Shown in pieces: positions 63,813-64,000 of a stretch of DNA of 64,000 nt. The notes beneath the pieces are model-generated. The model was not told the origin of the DNA and made no database searches. It saw nothing but the letters and a program-made list of their open reading frames with translations. The DNA is from an uncultured Spirochaetota bacterium (GTDB taxonomy: Bacteria; Spirochaetota; Brevinematia; Brevinematales; JAOACQ01): assembly GCA_963783575.1 (NCBI GenBank), contig CAWAOD010000011.1:448001-512000 (forward strand). Direction: 5' to 3'. A program made the position numbers and the translations under genes. Position 1 is the stretch's first letter. Each line of letters opens with the position of its first letter.

Positions 63813-63867
63813 CAAGCTCAGGGCAGGCTCTGCTCACCACGGCTCAGCTCAGGGCAAGCTGCTTGAC
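63813..63867. repeat. Right part of the nested REP-like repeat interrupted by the IS
   Basis: caagctcagggcaggct-ctgctcaccacggc-tcagctcagggcaagc; joins tggttcccttcgtcaa at 62107-62122. Confidence 0.65.
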
Positions 63868-64000
63868 CCGCGAACGGGCTTATGCTGGGAGTCAGGTTGA
63901 AGCTTACGTCAACCAGATTTCACCCCACCCTGGTTGAAACGATACTATTGATTTTTGGCACCGGCAATTTATCAACCCGGTTCTTAAAATAACGTTTTTC

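Noticed and set aside
63920..64000. 3' end of a minus-strand gene at the window edge (EKRYFKNRVDKLPVPKINSIVSTRVG*)
   Set aside because: Too short to support a call without the adjacent sequence.

Overview
AT-rich chromosomal window from an anaerobic bacterium; the Ser-linker lipoprotein, HAMP adenylate cyclase and SurA-like protein weakly suggest a spirochete. In order: (1) a split, archaeal/Thermotoga-type glutamate synthase operon with a ferredoxin-like protein and an NAD(P)H oxidoreductase; (2) envelope and signalling genes; (3) a ~21 kb catabolic block (18.4-39.5 kb) with TetR, mmsA, a flavoredoxin and nfnAB, two paralogous cassettes (MhpT-like MFS, FAD oxidoreductase, CCG Fe-S protein, second FAD oxidoreductase), a UroD/MtaA-family methyltransferase and a split MetH-like corrinoid operon with no pterin-binding domain, where three promoters share one operator-like motif; (4) eno; (5) a c-di-GMP two-component cluster; (6) a pfkB kinase and gcvT-H-PA-PB; (7) a mostly co-oriented array of small accessory genes with degenerate attC-like motifs, a vapBC pair and a chimeric DUF1295 gene; (8) a complete IS1182-family element inserted in a nested ~24-nt palindromic repeat that also occurs elsewhere in the window. 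Seven apparent frameshifts are most likely sequencing indels. No rRNA, tRNA or CRISPR array was seen. All family calls come from motif recognition, not database searches.
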